Shown: positions 50,093 to 62,150, counted from the first letter of the stretch. The stretch is DNA of 64,000 nucleotides from Firmicutes bacterium CAG:145 (GCA_000435715.1 FR882601.1:28477-92476); one strand, 5' to 3'. Notes: generated from the letters alone by a model not told the origin. A program made the numbers and translations.

Positions 50093-50140
50093 TGATTACG
50101 GCAGAGAAGATAAGCTGACCTAAAGAGAAAGGATTTTACA

Positions 50141-52807
50141 ATGGCTGAAAAAAAGAGGGGACCAGGCCGTCCTCCCGGCTCTAAAAACAAGTCTTCAAGA
50201 ACTAAAAGTTCTGCCAGGACAGGTTCAAAAGCCAGAGAGAAGGCGCAGGAAATTCAGTCTAAGAAAAAAGCAGACAGACGTGTGATAGATGAGATATGGG
50301 CGATAATTTCCATCGCCCTGGGAGTATTTCTTATAGTCGCGACTTTTACAGAAGGAGCGGGACAACTGGGCGAAATGATAGGCGACTTTCTCAAGGGCCT
50401 GTTTGGTTTTATGGCTTATGTCCTGCCCTTCTATCTTATAGTATTCGGAATACTGCTGTTCACAAAGAAAGCCGTGTCTATATCTGTAAAGACGACGCTT
50501 CTCTTGCTTTTGCTGCTTTTGATGCTCTCCACCATGAATTCTATAAGATTTGTAGAAAACTATCCTTCTTTAGATTTTTCTTTGGACAAGATTAAAGAGT
50601 TTTACACTGCGGGAGTGACCCTTAAGAGCGGCGGTTTCTTCGGCATGATATTGGCAACTTTGCTGATAAAAGGTTTCGGAACGGCGGGATGCTGGATATT
50701 TTCTCTGTTGGTCTCTATCATCTGTCTGCTTCTGATCATCAACACGCCTGTTTCCAGGTTTATCGGCAAGATAAGCGACAAGAGAGAAGAGCGGAAGCTG
50801 GCCAAGGAACATTCTTATCTGGACGCTGATGAGAATGTGATAGAAGAGGGGCGCCAAGTAACTATAGACGACATGAAGAAAAAGGCGGCCGACAGAAATG
50901 CTATGCCGCCAAAGAAAAGTGAGATAAAGATAGTAGACGGCAGGGCAGCTTCTTTTGATACAAAGGAGGCGGATGCCGATATACACGAAGGGTCTGCTGG
51001 TCAGAATAACAATGCGGCCGATGAAAAGAACAGCGTTCTGAAATATATGAAAGACGATTCCCTGTTCGGCAGAAACAACGTTTCAGGAGGATTCGGATTG
51101 GAGGAGTCCTCTGATTTTGGTTCAGGTTACGGATTAGACGGGAGAAGCTTATCGGCTGAAGTTTCGGGATTCGGGCTGGACAAGCCTTCTTCATCCATGG
51201 CAGGCAGGGGACTTACCGATTCTGATTTATCTTCAGGACAGATACCTGATGAGAACGGTATTTTGACCGGCGATGAAGAAGTTTCTGGCGAAAACAAAAA
51301 GATTTCAAACAAAGAGGCCAGAGAAGCCATGCTCTCTGCCGAAGAGATAAATACGGCCAAGCTGAAAAAATATAAGAAGCCTCCCGTAAACCTTCTGAAA
51401 AGACCTGAAGGAGGGGTCAAGGCCAATAATCGACTTCTTACAGAGAAGGCGCAGAAACTGGAAGAAACTTTAAAAAACTTTCATGTGGACGCCAGAGTGA
51501 TGCAGGTGACTCAGGGACCTACGGTCACCAGATATGAGATACAGCCTGCCGTAGGAGTAAAAGTAAACAGCATAGTTCGGCTGGCCGACGATATAGCGCT
51601 GAACCTTGAGGCTAAAAGCATCAGGATAGAGGCTCCTATCCCGGGAAAAGCAGCGGTAGGCATCGAAGTGGAGAATGATTCGGTGACTATGGTACATATA
51701 AGGGAGATCATAGATTCACGGGAATTTAAAGACAGCAAGTCCAAGATAACTTTCGCCGTGGGAAAGGACATAAGCGGAAAAGCTATAGTAGCCGATCTCA
51801 AGGCTATGCCCCATCTTCTCATAGCAGGTTCCACAGGCTCAGGAAAGTCCGTATGTATAAACGGCATAATAACGAGTCTTTTATACAAGGCCAATCCCGA
51901 CGAAGTAAAGCTCATATTGGTGGACCCTAAAGTGGTAGAACTGGGAAATTATAACGGAGTTCCTCATCTGATGATACCTGTGGTCACAGACCCAGGTAAA
52001 GCGGCTGCGGCGCTGAACTGGGCTGTAGCCGAGATGACAGACAGATATAAAAAGTTTGCAGAAGAGGGCGTAAGAGACTTAGAATCATATAACGAATATG
52101 TGAGAGCCAACGACGAGACTGAAAAAGTAATGCCTCAGGTAGTCATAATCATAGACGAGCTGGCGGATCTTATGATGGCGGCGCCTTCTCAGATAGAAGA
52201 ATCCATATGCAGATTGGCTCAGATGGCAAGAGCTGCGGGGATGCACCTGATCGTAGCTACTCAGAGGCCTTCCGTAGACGTTATCACCGGAGTCATAAAG
52301 GCGAATATTCCTTCCAGGATAGCTTTTGCGGTCTCATCTCAGGTGGACTCCAGGACTATTTTAGATATGCAGGGGGCGGAGAAACTTGTAGGAAAAGGAG
52401 ATATGCTCTTTAACCCTATGGGAATGGGAAAACCTGTGAGAATACAGGGAGCGTTTATCTCTGACAGTGAAGTCAATAAGGTTATAGACTTCGTCAAAGA
52501 TCAGGTACAAGATGCCGCTTATAATCAGGATGTCCTTACCCGAATAGAGAGAAATGATGTACAGGGGCCGGAGGAGGAAGCCGACGAGCTTCTTTCTGAC
52601 GCCATAGATCTGGTGGTAAAAAGCGGACAGGCCTCGGTATCCATGCTTCAGAGACGATTCAGGATAGGTTACAACAGGGCGGCCCGCATAATGGATATGA
52701 TGGAAGCCAGAGGCATCGTCAGCGCGCAGGATGGCAGCAGGCCTCGTCAGGTATTGCTGTCAGAGGAAGAATTGAAACAGATGGAAGAAGATACAGAAGG
52801 AATATGA
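50141..52807 (+). CDS. ftsK: DNA translocase FtsK/SpoIIIE.
   Basis: N-terminal TM domain, a low-complexity linker, the motor domain (GSTGSGKS Walker A) and the gamma wHTH domain at the C-terminus. Confidence 0.95.
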   Translation: MAEKKRGPGRPPGSKNKSSRTKSSARTGSKAREKAQEIQSKKKADRRVIDEIWAIISIALGVFLIVATFTEGAGQLGEMIGDFLKGLFGFMAYVLPFYLIVFGILLFTKKAVSISVKTTLLLLLLLLMLSTMNSIRFVENYPSLDFSLDKIKEFYTAGVTLKSGGFFGMILATLLIKGFGTAGCWIFSLLVSIICLLLIINTPVSRFIGKISDKREERKLAKEHSYLDADENVIEEGRQVTIDDMKKKAADRNAMPPKKSEIKIVDGRAASFDTKEADADIHEGSAGQNNNAADEKNSVLKYMKDDSLFGRNNVSGGFGLEESSDFGSGYGLDGRSLSAEVSGFGLDKPSSSMAGRGLTDSDLSSGQIPDENGILTGDEEVSGENKKISNKEAREAMLSAEEINTAKLKKYKKPPVNLLKRPEGGVKANNRLLTEKAQKLEETLKNFHVDARVMQVTQGPTVTRYEIQPAVGVKVNSIVRLADDIALNLEAKSIRIEAPIPGKAAVGIEVENDSVTMVHIREIIDSREFKDSKSKITFAVGKDISGKAIVADLKAMPHLLIAGSTGSGKSVCINGIITSLLYKANPDEVKLILVDPKVVELGNYNGVPHLMIPVVTDPGKAAAALNWAVAEMTDRYKKFAEEGVRDLESYNEYVRANDETEKVMPQVVIIIDELADLMMAAPSQIEESICRLAQMARAAGMHLIVATQRPSVDVITGVIKANIPSRIAFAVSSQVDSRTILDMQGAEKLVGKGDMLFNPMGMGKPVRIQGAFISDSEVNKVIDFVKDQVQDAAYNQDVLTRIERNDVQGPEEEADELLSDAIDLVVKSGQASVSMLQRRFRIGYNRAARIMDMMEARGIVSAQDGSRPRQVLLSEEELKQMEEDTEGI

Positions 52808-54141
52808 CAATGAAGATATATATGGAGACTCTGGGCTGCCCGAAGAATTTCAACGATACGCAGACAGCCAAAGGGATTATGACCAAGGCGGGCTTTGAGG
52901 TGACAGAAGATGCTGATCTTGCAGATGTCATCATCGTCAACACCTGCGGATTCATAAACGACGCCAAAAAAGAATCCATTTCAAGGATATTTGAACTCGC
53001 AGAATATAAGAGAGATGGGAAAAAACTATTAGTCTGCGGATGTCTGTCTGAACGCTATTCAGAAGAACTCTTCGAAGAGATGCCTGAAGTTGACGGATTT
53101 CTTGGAGTAAACGAATACGAGAGACTGCCGGAAATACTCTCTTCTATCGAGTTTTCGAAGGATGCGGATTCACCGGCGAGATATAACTGGGTGTGCGGGC
53201 AGGCGCCTGATACTCTGAAGACGCTTCCAAGACTTCTGAACGAGGAATCTTATACGGCAACGCTGAAGATCTCAGAAGGGTGCAACAACAGATGTGCCTA
53301 TTGCGTGATACCTTCCATAAGGGGCCCTTTCAGAAGCAAACCCAAGGAGGAGGTCATAAGAGAAGCAAAGTGGCTTTCGGATAACGGATGCAGGGAGCTC
53401 ATCCTCATAGCTCAGGACGTTACTCTTTACGGAACAGATCTGTACGGGAGGCTGGCTCTGCCGGAACTTCTCAGAGAGCTGTGCAGGATAGATAAGTTAG
53501 AATGGATACGTCTCATGTATTGTTATGAGGACAGAATAACAGACGAGCTCATCGAAGTTATCAGGACCGAGCCTAAGATATGCAATTATATAGATATTCC
53601 TATTCAGCATGCCAGCGACAGAGTTTTGAAAGCCATGAGACGCCGTTCCACCGGCGAGTCCATAAAAAATACGATAAAGAAACTTAAAGCGGCTATTCCT
53701 GATATTCATATAAGGACTACTCTGATAACGGGATTCCCCGGCGAGAGCGAAGAGGATTTCGACATCTTGCTGGATTTTGTCGAAGAAATGAAATTCGCCA
53801 GGCTGGGAGTATTCGCCTATTCACAGGAGGAAAATACTCCTGCAGGGGAAATGAAAGATCAGATTCCCGATGAGATAAAACAGCAGAGGCTCGACACTAT
53901 TATGAGAAGGCAGCTGGATATTTCCCTGGAAATGAACAGGGAAAAGATCGGAAAAATTTTAGAAGTACTGGTAGAAGAAAGAGACGAGGACGGCAGTTAC
54001 GTAGGCAGAACCAGATATGACGCTCCTGAAATAGACAATTCCGTCATATTCACCTCAGATAGAGATCTTTCGCCGGGAAATATAGTAAAAGTTCTGATAC
54101 AGGACGCTTTCGATTATGATCTTACAGGCATGGAGGTATGA
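52804..54141 (+). CDS. rimO: Ribosomal protein S12 methylthiotransferase RimO (radical SAM MTTase).
   Basis: METLGCPKN (MTTase N-terminus), the CNNRCAYC radical-SAM motif and a C-terminal TRAM domain. The ftsK-rimO-pgsA-cinA-recA synteny supports it. Confidence 0.8.
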   Translation: MTMKIYMETLGCPKNFNDTQTAKGIMTKAGFEVTEDADLADVIIVNTCGFINDAKKESISRIFELAEYKRDGKKLLVCGCLSERYSEELFEEMPEVDGFLGVNEYERLPEILSSIEFSKDADSPARYNWVCGQAPDTLKTLPRLLNEESYTATLKISEGCNNRCAYCVIPSIRGPFRSKPKEEVIREAKWLSDNGCRELILIAQDVTLYGTDLYGRLALPELLRELCRIDKLEWIRLMYCYEDRITDELIEVIRTEPKICNYIDIPIQHASDRVLKAMRRRSTGESIKNTIKKLKAAIPDIHIRTTLITGFPGESEEDFDILLDFVEEMKFARLGVFAYSQEENTPAGEMKDQIPDEIKQQRLDTIMRRQLDISLEMNREKIGKILEVLVEERDEDGSYVGRTRYDAPEIDNSVIFTSDRDLSPGNIVKVLIQDAFDYDLTGMEV

Positions 54142-54144
54142 GAG

Positions 54145-54675
54145 ATGAATTTACCAAATAAACTTACTATCGCAAGAGTCATCGCCGTTCCGTTTTTTAT
54201 AGGAGCATATTATTTTAGTTGGTATCTGCTGGCATTCATAATATTTGTGGCGGCTTCGCTGACAGATATGCTGGACGGAAAGATCGCAAGAAAATATAAT
54301 CTGGTGACTAACTTCGGCAAAATAATGGATCCTTTGGCTGATAAAGTACTGGTCTATTCGGCTATATGCCTGATGATACCTGTTTATGTACCCGCCTGGA
54401 TGCTTATAATAATTCTGGCCAGAGAGTTTACGGTAGCCGGAATGAGAACTGTAGCGGCCTCGGAGGGCATCGTCATCGCCGCAGGAATGAGCGGAAAAAT
54501 CAAGACCGTTCTCCAGATGATAGCAGTCTGCCTTTTGCTTCTGGTCCCTGCGTTCCCTCTCTTCATTCCGCTCTGGTATATAGCTCAGGCTTTCCTCTGG
54601 GCCTCACTGATCATGACGGTATACTCGGGAGTGGAATACGTGATTCAGAATAAGAACGTATTCTCCGTGAAATAG
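54145..54675 (+). CDS. pgsA: CDP-diacylglycerol--glycerol-3-phosphate 3-phosphatidyltransferase.
   Basis: NKLTIARV ... DMLDGKIARKYNLVTNFGKIMDPLADK is the CDP-OH phosphotransferase motif. Confidence 0.9.
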   Translation: MNLPNKLTIARVIAVPFFIGAYYFSWYLLAFIIFVAASLTDMLDGKIARKYNLVTNFGKIMDPLADKVLVYSAICLMIPVYVPAWMLIIILAREFTVAGMRTVAASEGIVIAAGMSGKIKTVLQMIAVCLLLLVPAFPLFIPLWYIAQAFLWASLIMTVYSGVEYVIQNKNVFSVK

Positions 54676-54684
54676 GTGTCTGCG

Positions 54685-55923
54685 ATGAAAACAGCTATTC
54701 TTACAGTAGGGACGGAAATACTCTTCGGACAGATAGTCAATACCAATGCTGCGTATCTGTCCAGAGAACTTAATAATCTCGGGTTTGACGTGATGTATCA
54801 TTACAGCGTGGGAGACAACCCCAAAAGGTTTTTGGAACTTATACATCTGGCCTTCAGAGACTGTGACATGATAATAACGACAGGAGGCCTCGGACCGACT
54901 CAGGATGATCTCACAAAAGAGACTATTGCAAAGGCCATGGGAGAACGTATCGTGGTCAGCGATATGGCTATGGAAGCTTTAAAGAGCCATTACAGAAAAT
55001 CCGAGAGACCTATGACCGAAAACAATCTGAAACAGGCCTATATGCCTGAAAGCGCCGAAGTTCTTCCCAACGATCAGGGAACGGCTCCCGGATTTTGGCT
55101 TGAGAAAGACGGCAAGATCATAGTCTCCATGCCGGGACCTCCCCGGGAGATGACAAATATGTTTTCCAAGGAGGTCATGCCTCGGCTCAGGAGCTTGCAG
55201 GACAGCGTGATTCATTATAGAATACTCAGAACTTTCGGTCTCGGAGAGTCAAAGATGGAGACGGTACTTCTTCCTCTGATAGATGAACAGACGGATCCAA
55301 CCATAGCTACGTACGCTAAAGAGGGGGAGTGCAGCCTCAGGATAGCTTCAAAGAGAGCCACGCTCCAAGAAGCAAAGAAAGCTGTAGACGACATGAGCCA
55401 AAGAGTCATGGATATAATCGGAGAATACGTCTACAGTCAGGATAATGAAGACCTGAAAGATGTGGTGGGAAGGCTTCTTATCTCAAAAAATATAACTGTC
55501 TCCTGTGCAGAATCGTGTACAGGAGGGCTCTTCGCCGGAACGCTTACTGATATCCCTGGAATTTCCTGCGTATTTGACAGAGGAATAGTCACGTACAGCA
55601 ATAAGGCAAAGATGGAGGAACTGGGAGTTAAAGAAGACACCCTTGAAACTTTCGGAGCCGTAAGCAGTCAGACCGCAGCAGAGATGGCTGAGGGACTGGC
55701 GGAAAAGACGGGGTCAGATCTGTGCATTTCTGTCACGGGAATTGCCGGACCGGGCGGAGGAAGCCTCCAGAAGCCTGTGGGAACAGCTTATGTAGGCATA
55801 CGATGGAAAGGGAACACTGAGATAATAAAAATCCAGCGTCGCAATGTCAATCGAAAATGGAACAGGAACTATGCCGTTCTCAGCATGCTTTATGAGATAT
55901 ATAAACGCATTTCTGCCATATAG
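54685..55923 (+). CDS. cinA: Competence/damage-inducible protein CinA.
   Basis: MKTAILTVGTEIL ... GGLGPTQDD. Start at the ATG 7 nt after aggtg. The ORF is open from a GTG at 54676. Confidence 0.9.
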   Translation: MKTAILTVGTEILFGQIVNTNAAYLSRELNNLGFDVMYHYSVGDNPKRFLELIHLAFRDCDMIITTGGLGPTQDDLTKETIAKAMGERIVVSDMAMEALKSHYRKSERPMTENNLKQAYMPESAEVLPNDQGTAPGFWLEKDGKIIVSMPGPPREMTNMFSKEVMPRLRSLQDSVIHYRILRTFGLGESKMETVLLPLIDEQTDPTIATYAKEGECSLRIASKRATLQEAKKAVDDMSQRVMDIIGEYVYSQDNEDLKDVVGRLLISKNITVSCAESCTGGLFAGTLTDIPGISCVFDRGIVTYSNKAKMEELGVKEDTLETFGAVSSQTAAEMAEGLAEKTGSDLCISVTGIAGPGGGSLQKPVGTAYVGIRWKGNTEIIKIQRRNVNRKWNRNYAVLSMLYEIYKRISAI

Positions 55924-55993
55924 TGCTTGACAAATCTTTCTCGCGGAGATATTATATTTACATAAATTTCCATATTTAATTGCGAAATAACCC

Positions 55994-56043
55994 TTGACCC
56001 AGGGGGAAAAATATTGTATCATACAAATAAGAACAAATGTTCG
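55994..56043 (+). promoter_or_regulatory. recA promoter (TTGACC, 17 nt, TATCAT) with a Cheo-box LexA operator just downstream.
   Basis: ttgacc at 55994-55999 and tatcat at 56017-56022. aGAACaaatGTTCg at 56030-56043 matches the Firmicute LexA consensus CGAAC-N4-GTTCG. Confidence 0.6.
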
Positions 56044-56060
56044 ATGAAGGAGAGATAATT

Positions 56061-57185
56061 ATGGCTTCAGATAAGACAGATAAGAAAGTCGAGAGAAAAG
56101 TGGACCAGAGCGAGAAAGACAAGGCCTTAGACGCGGCTCTGTCCCAGATACAAAAACAGTTTGGCAAAGGCGCCATAATGAAGCTGGGCGACAAAGGAGC
56201 GCAGATGAACGTGGAAGCCATATCCACAGGCTCCATAAGCCTTGATGTAGCTACAGGCATAGGCGGCGTACCGAGAGGCAGAATCGTCGAGATATACGGA
56301 CCGGAGTCATCAGGTAAGACAACGCTGACTTTACATATAGTAGCGGAGGCTCAGAAGAACGGCGGCAAGGCTGCTTTTATAGACGCCGAACATGCTCTTG
56401 ACCCCGTATATGCGAAAAATCTGGGGGTGGATGTCGAAAACCTTTTAGTCTCACAGCCTGATACGGGCGAGCAGGCTCTGGAGATCTGCGACATGCTGGT
56501 GCGTAGCGGCGCATTGGACGTAGTCATAATCGACTCGGTAGCGGCGCTGGTTCCTAAGGCAGAGATTCAGGGAGAGATGGGCGACGCACATGTAGGACTG
56601 CAGGCACGTCTGATGTCTCAGGCTCTCAGAAAGATAACCGGAAATATAAACAAGTCTAACACATGCGTCATATTCATCAACCAGCTCAGAGAAAAAGTCG
56701 GCGTGATGTACGGAAGCCCTGAAGTGACTACAGGCGGACGAGCCTTAAAGTTCTATTCCTCCATGAGACTCGACGTCAGAAAGGTGGAGACTATCAAGGC
56801 CGGAGACAACGTGCTGGGTAACAGGACAAAGGTTAAAGTAGTCAAGAACAAGGTAGCTCCTCCGTTTAAACAGGCCGAATTTGACATCATGTACGGCGAA
56901 GGTATTTCCAAAGAAGGCGATATCCTCGATTCTGCGGTCAATGCCAAGATACTGGATAAGGCAGGCTCATGGTACAGCTACAACGGCGAGAGGATAGGAC
57001 AGGGACGTGAGAATATCAAGGTATACTTTAAAGATCATCCTGAGATCGTAGATGAGATAGAAAAGAAGATCATAGCGCAGCTTAAGAGCGACGGCGAAGC
57101 TGAGAAGGAACCTGAAGTTTCCGAAGAGGAGTTTTCAGAGATCATGGATATGATAATCGATGAGGACGGAGTAGTCATAGAATAA
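56061..57185 (+). CDS. recA: Recombinase RecA.
   Basis: [16 protein letters not shown] (Walker A). Start at the ATG after ggagag. The ORF is open from 56037. Confidence 0.97.
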   Translation: MASDKTDKKVERKVDQSEKDKALDAALSQIQKQFGKGAIMKLGDKGAQMNVEAISTGSISLDVATGIGGVPRGRIVEIYGPESSGKTTLTLHIVAEAQKNGGKAAFIDAEHALDPVYAKNLGVDVENLLVSQPDTGEQALEICDMLVRSGALDVVIIDSVAALVPKAEIQGEMGDAHVGLQARLMSQALRKITGNINKSNTCVIFINQLREKVGVMYGSPEVTTGGRALKFYSSMRLDVRKVETIKAGDNVLGNRTKVKVVKNKVAPPFKQAEFDIMYGEGISKEGDILDSAVNAKILDKAGSWYSYNGERIGQGRENIKVYFKDHPEIVDEIEKKIIAQLKSDGEAEKEPEVSEEEFSEIMDMIIDEDGVVIE

Positions 57186-57194
57186 ATTTAAGGG

Positions 57195-57228
57195 AAGATG
57201 CCCCGGATAAGAGGCGTCTTCTTTTTAT
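57195..57228 (+). terminator. Rho-independent terminator after recA.
   Basis: aagatgcc ... ggcgtctt stem (one G-U pair) followed by ctttttatttt. Confidence 0.55.
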
Positions 57229-57488
57229 TTTACCTTAAGAGAGGGTTAAAGATGTTTACGGGACTTTTCAGGGCAAAATTGAAAATGAACAGCAGTAAGA
57301 TGCTATTTGCCGCCGCAAGATGACCAAAAACTCCAGCAGCTGAATCCACATATAAACGCAAAATAAAATGTAAATTTATGTTAAAACGTTTATAAAAGTA
57401 TAAAATAAATAAACCATGTCCTTTCGTAAACGGGGAAATAAACAGTTATTCTTTATAATCTAATAATTAACGAAAGGAGGAAACGTTT

Positions 57489-58877
57489 ATGGATAACGAA
57501 AAACGTTTGGAATCATTGACTACCGAAAAAACGGAATTTAAACGAGAAATCGGAGTTTTTGGCGGAGTCAGCATTATCGGAGGTATCATGATCGGTTCCG
57601 GCATCTTCTATCTCGGTTCTTACGTACTTGAAAGAACCGGTATGGACAGCGGACTGGCGCTGGTATGCTGGATCTTGGCAGGCCTTATTTCACTGTTCGG
57701 AGGCCTTTGCTATGCAGAACTTGGAACAGCTATGCCTAAAGCCGGAGGTCGTCTTGTCTATCTCGACGAAGCTTTTCATCCTGTAGTAGGATTTATGGCA
57801 GGCTTTACCGACTGGCTGATCGGAGGACCCGGCTCTATCGCTGCGGTTTCCATAGCTCTCATGACAGTATTTCAGCCTTATTTCGGGCTCAGCGATTTTG
57901 GAGTAAAGGCGGCGGCTATCGTTCTCATCGTAGCGGCGACCTTATACAACCTTGTAGGGGTAAAAGTTGCTTCTATCATTCAGAACTTATCTATGGTCGC
58001 CAAGTTGGTGCCTGTCATGATAATACTCTTTGCTGCTATCTTTGTAGGCCGCGTCAGCCCTGATCTGTCCTTTGCACAGGCAGGAGAATATGCTCAGAAT
58101 AACGATACAAGCATCATATCTATGATCGCTATAGCAGTAGTTGCGGCTCTTTGGGCTTATGAAGGATGGACAAATCTGAACACAGTAGCAGAAGAAATCA
58201 AAAACCCAAAGAAGAACCTGCCTCTGGCGCTGATCATCGGTATAGGCGGAGTTACTGTAATTTATACTCTGTTCAACTTTGCAATCATGAAGGTGCTTCC
58301 TCATGATGAGATAGTAAGCATGATAGAAAGCGGAGACTTATACTTGGGTACTGCCGTAGCCCATAAGGTACTGGGAAGCGCAGGAGCATTTGTAGTTACT
58401 GCAGGAATGGTTCTTGCAATGTTCGGTTCCATGAACGGAATGATTTTAGCTCAGCCGAGAATGTACTACGCCATGGCCGAAGAGGGACACTTCTTCAAAT
58501 GCTTTGCTAAGATCCACCCTAAATATAAAGTGCCGTATGCGCCTATTATAGTGCAGGGAGTTCTTTCGGTCATCTTAGTACTTATCAGGAATCTGGATCA
58601 GCTCACCAACCTGGTAGTTGTCTCGGCTATGGTATTCAACGTACTTGTAGTACTTGCAGTTCCTATCCTGCGTAAAAAGTACCCTAATATCGAAAGACCT
58701 TATAAAGTCTGGTTCTATCCGGTATCTGTAATAATTACCGCCTTAATTTTCGCAGCTCTCGTAGTAAATTCGGCATTAGACGATCCTGTAGTAGGACTTA
58801 CAGGTTTCGGAGTACCGGCATTTGGAGCTTTGGTATATTACATATTTGATATAAAGAACAAGAAGGCGAAGAAATAA
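57489..58877 (+). CDS. APC-superfamily amino acid permease.
   Basis: A 462-aa 12-TM protein. The N-terminus carries the SIIGGIMIGSGIFYL-type motif. Confidence 0.8.
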   Translation: MDNEKRLESLTTEKTEFKREIGVFGGVSIIGGIMIGSGIFYLGSYVLERTGMDSGLALVCWILAGLISLFGGLCYAELGTAMPKAGGRLVYLDEAFHPVVGFMAGFTDWLIGGPGSIAAVSIALMTVFQPYFGLSDFGVKAAAIVLIVAATLYNLVGVKVASIIQNLSMVAKLVPVMIILFAAIFVGRVSPDLSFAQAGEYAQNNDTSIISMIAIAVVAALWAYEGWTNLNTVAEEIKNPKKNLPLALIIGIGGVTVIYTLFNFAIMKVLPHDEIVSMIESGDLYLGTAVAHKVLGSAGAFVVTAGMVLAMFGSMNGMILAQPRMYYAMAEEGHFFKCFAKIHPKYKVPYAPIIVQGVLSVILVLIRNLDQLTNLVVVSAMVFNVLVVLAVPILRKKYPNIERPYKVWFYPVSVIITALIFAALVVNSALDDPVVGLTGFGVPAFGALVYYIFDIKNKKAKK

Positions 58878-58878
58878 G

Positions 58879-60501
58879 ATGAAAACGATTCTACACAATG
58901 CTAAGGTTTATGTTGAAAAAGGATGTTACAAACAGGCCGTCCTGATAGACGACGGAGTCATCAGAAAAGTAGGCGCAGATGAAGAGATACTTGCTGCGGC
59001 CGACGAATTTACTCAGGTCATAGACTGTGAAGGAAAGACTCTGATTCCCGGACTCAACGACTCACATCTTCATTTTATGCAGACAGGCGAGGTCATGAAT
59101 CAGGCTAAGATAGACGGCGTCACTTCCATAGAAGAGATGATACAGATCTGCAGGGAATTTGCCGATACTCATCCGGATCAAGTAAAAAAGGGACTTCACG
59201 CCATAGGATGGAATCAGGACCTTTTCGTCGGCAGCGATCGTATGCCTGACAGACACGATCTGGATAAGATAAGCACAGAATTTCCGATAGTGTTAGAGAG
59301 AGTATGCGGACATATCGTTTCTACTAATACTAAACTTATCGAAATGCTGGGTATAGACGGAAGTTCGCCTCAATTTCCCGACGGGGAATTTCTGATCGGA
59401 GAGGACGGCTATCCCAACGGTATATTCACTGCCAACGCGTGCAATATTGCCAAGGCGCTGATACCTGACTTTTCCATGGAGGAGAGAAGAAGAATTCTGA
59501 TCGAGACCATGAAAGACGCAGTATCATGCGGTATCACCAGTGTGCAGAGCAACGATGTCGGAACTACCTTCATGGACGGACCAGCGGCGTTTGCTCTGCT
59601 CCATGATATATACGATAAGGGCGAGGCATTGATACGCTACAGGCATCAGGTGTGCTTCAACGACTTTTCTGCTTTTGAAGAATATCTTAAGGAAGGCGAA
59701 TTTGCCAAAGGCAAATATGAAAGAGATTCCTGGCTGACTCTCGGACCTTTGAAACTGTTCAAGGACGGCAGCCTGGGAGCCAGGACTGCTCTCATGAGGA
59801 ACGGCTATGAATCTGACAGGGAGAATCACGGACTGGAATGGATCAAACCGGAAGAGATGGAAAAATACTGTCAGCTTGCCAAAGAATACGGTCTGCAGGT
59901 GGTGACTCACGTCATAGGAGACGCCGCTGTAGAAAGAACCATAGACTGCTACGAGCATGCGTTTGTAGACGGCAAGAACAAGCTAAGGCACGCTCTCATC
60001 CACTGCCAGATAACAGATGAGGCTCTTCTCGATCGTATAGCGGAAAAAGACATTCTGGTATTCGCTCAGCCTATATTTCTCGACTACGATATGAACATCG
60101 TAGAGGAATTATGCGGCAGTGAGCTAACTTCGACTTCCTATGCGTTCGGCTCGCTCTACAGAAAAGGAGCCCACGTATCATACGGTACGGATTGCCCTGT
60201 AGAATATTACAATCCTTTTGAGAATATCTATATGGCAGTCACGAGAAAGAACAGAAAAGGACAGCCTGCGGGTGGATTTTATCCTAAAGAATGTGTGGAC
60301 GTGGAGACTGCGGTAGACGCATATACTTATGAGAGCGCTTACGCAGAATTCATGGAAGACCGCAAAGGAAGGATCAGAGAAGGATATTATGCAGACATGG
60401 TGCTCTTAGACCGGGATATCTTTACTGTGGATCCGATGGAGATCAAAGAAATAAAACCCGTCATGACCATGGTCGGCGGAAAGATCGTATACACAAAATA
60501 A
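58879..60501 (+). CDS. Amidohydrolase family protein (Amidohydro_3 / YtcJ-like).
   Basis: LIPGLNDSHLHF is the metal-binding HxH motif. 540 aa. Confidence 0.8.
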   Translation: MKTILHNAKVYVEKGCYKQAVLIDDGVIRKVGADEEILAAADEFTQVIDCEGKTLIPGLNDSHLHFMQTGEVMNQAKIDGVTSIEEMIQICREFADTHPDQVKKGLHAIGWNQDLFVGSDRMPDRHDLDKISTEFPIVLERVCGHIVSTNTKLIEMLGIDGSSPQFPDGEFLIGEDGYPNGIFTANACNIAKALIPDFSMEERRRILIETMKDAVSCGITSVQSNDVGTTFMDGPAAFALLHDIYDKGEALIRYRHQVCFNDFSAFEEYLKEGEFAKGKYERDSWLTLGPLKLFKDGSLGARTALMRNGYESDRENHGLEWIKPEEMEKYCQLAKEYGLQVVTHVIGDAAVERTIDCYEHAFVDGKNKLRHALIHCQITDEALLDRIAEKDILVFAQPIFLDYDMNIVEELCGSELTSTSYAFGSLYRKGAHVSYGTDCPVEYYNPFENIYMAVTRKNRKGQPAGGFYPKECVDVETAVDAYTYESAYAEFMEDRKGRIREGYYADMVLLDRDIFTVDPMEIKEIKPVMTMVGGKIVYTK

Positions 60502-60510
60502 ATCTTTTTT

Positions 60511-60553
60511 GCTGCCGCTTCGGATTACAGCTTGTCCGGGCGGCAGTTTTTTT
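60511..60553 (+). terminator. Intrinsic terminator between the two amidohydrolase genes.
   Basis: ctgccgc ... gcggcag stem followed by ttttttt. Confidence 0.5.
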
Positions 60554-60587
60554 GTATTATAATATAAAGACGACAGAGGTAGTTTTT

Positions 60588-62150
60588 ATGAAAGAAAATA
60601 CGATCATTATCAACGGAAAACTGATGACCATGGATGAAAAAGGGACGGCCGACTGGATGGTCATCGAAAGAAACCGTATCTTAGAAGTAGGAACGGGAGA
60701 CGGCTATAAAACTCATCTTACCAATAGATCAAAAGTGATAGACGCCAGAGGAGGAAGCGTCACTCCGGGATTCATCGACAGCCATTTTCATGTGGTGATG
60801 ACAGCCGTCAGCGACAGCTGGGTATCGCTGGAGGGCGTAAAAAATTACAGAGCGGCGGGCAAAAAATTAAAATCGGCATATTCAGGAAAAAAAGGAGAGC
60901 TGATTATAGGAACCAAACTCGATCCTCAATATCTTGAAGAAGGCGAAATGCCGGGCAGAACGATTCTGGACAAATACTGCAAAGACGCTCCTGTAGCCGT
61001 GTATTCTGCAGATTATAAAATTCTTGCTCTAAACACCTACGGCATCTTATATTTTAAAGTACCGTTCTCACTCAACGGAGTAGAGGTAGACGACAGCGGA
61101 ATGCCTACCGGTATATTCACCGATCAGGCAGGAGCAGTGCTGGATAATAAGATCTTCAGCGCCATGACAGACGAAGACCGCAAAAAAGCAGTAGACCGTC
61201 TCGTGCCGCAGCTGTTTGGCTTGGGGCTTACGACTGTAGCGGCCATGGAAGGAGGAAATATGTCCTCTTCCTTTGACGAGAGTCCGGATGCTGAGTTTAT
61301 ATACAAGTACGGAGAAAATTACAAGATTGCGATGGAATTGTTCTATCAGACCACCGATATAAGATCAGTAATAGAAAAGGGACTTCACAGGATAGGGGGA
61401 GCGCTCTATGTGGACGGAACTATCGGAGGAAGGACTGCGGCTCTGTGCACAGATTATTCCGACGCCCCAGGAAAAAAGGGCATATACAGCATACCGCCTT
61501 CGCAGCTGAGAGAGCTCGTAGCGGAATGTTACAGAAATAATCTTCAGGTGGGCCTTGACGCCATTGGCGACGGCGCTATAGAGGAGTGTCTAAAGGCTTT
61601 TGAATATGCGGAAGAGCGATATCCTGCCAGAAAGCTGAGAGGAAGAATAGAGCACGCAGAGATGATCACACAGTCCCAGATGCTGCGGGCGGAAAAACTC
61701 GGTGTCATACTTTCCATGCAGCCTACCTATGAGGGACTCTGGGGAGGAGCCGGAAAGATGTATCAGCACAGGCTGGGAGAAAGATATAAACAGACAAACG
61801 CTTTTCGCGAAATATTAGACTGCGGTATAGTCCTGTGCGGAGGCTCTGACAGCAATGTGACGGACCCAAATCCTATGTTGGGTATTCACTACGCAGTCAA
61901 TCATCCTGTAAAAAGACACAGAATTACTGTGGAAGAAGCCATAAGGATGTATACTGCCAGCGGCGCATACGGCCTCTTTTTAGAGGAGCATTTAGGCAGT
62001 CTCACTGCAGGAAAATATGCTGATGCAGTTATCTTTCCCGTCGACCTTAAGTCGACAGATCCCAAGAGTCTCAAGACTATCAGGCCTTTGTGTACCATCA
62101 AGGCAGGAGAGATAGTCTTTGACAGAGGTGTTTATCATGTTAAAGATTGA
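60588..62150 (+). CDS. Amidohydrolase family protein (Amidohydro_3), paralogous to the upstream gene.
   Basis: TPGFIDSHFHV is the HxH motif. Start chosen at the ATG at 60588 after gaggt. The ORF-track start at 60552 lies inside the terminator hairpin. Confidence 0.75.
   Translation: MKENTIIINGKLMTMDEKGTADWMVIERNRILEVGTGDGYKTHLTNRSKVIDARGGSVTPGFIDSHFHVVMTAVSDSWVSLEGVKNYRAAGKKLKSAYSGKKGELIIGTKLDPQYLEEGEMPGRTILDKYCKDAPVAVYSADYKILALNTYGILYFKVPFSLNGVEVDDSGMPTGIFTDQAGAVLDNKIFSAMTDEDRKKAVDRLVPQLFGLGLTTVAAMEGGNMSSSFDESPDAEFIYKYGENYKIAMELFYQTTDIRSVIEKGLHRIGGALYVDGTIGGRTAALCTDYSDAPGKKGIYSIPPSQLRELVAECYRNNLQVGLDAIGDGAIEECLKAFEYAEERYPARKLRGRIEHAEMITQSQMLRAEKLGVILSMQPTYEGLWGGAGKMYQHRLGERYKQTNAFREILDCGIVLCGGSDSNVTDPNPMLGIHYAVNHPVKRHRITVEEAIRMYTASGAYGLFLEEHLGSLTAGKYADAVIFPVDLKSTDPKSLKTIRPLCTIKAGEIVFDRGVYHVKD

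Noticed and set aside
50850-51420. Gly/Ser/Asp-rich repetitive stretch inside ftsK ([22 protein letters not shown]...).
   Set aside because: This is the well-known low-complexity linker between the FtsK membrane and motor domains. It is not an independent repeat element.
60552-60587. Upstream ORF-track start (MYYNIKTTEVVF) for the second amidohydrolase.
   Set aside because: It lies inside the terminator hairpin of the preceding gene. The ATG at 60588 has a better-placed RBS.
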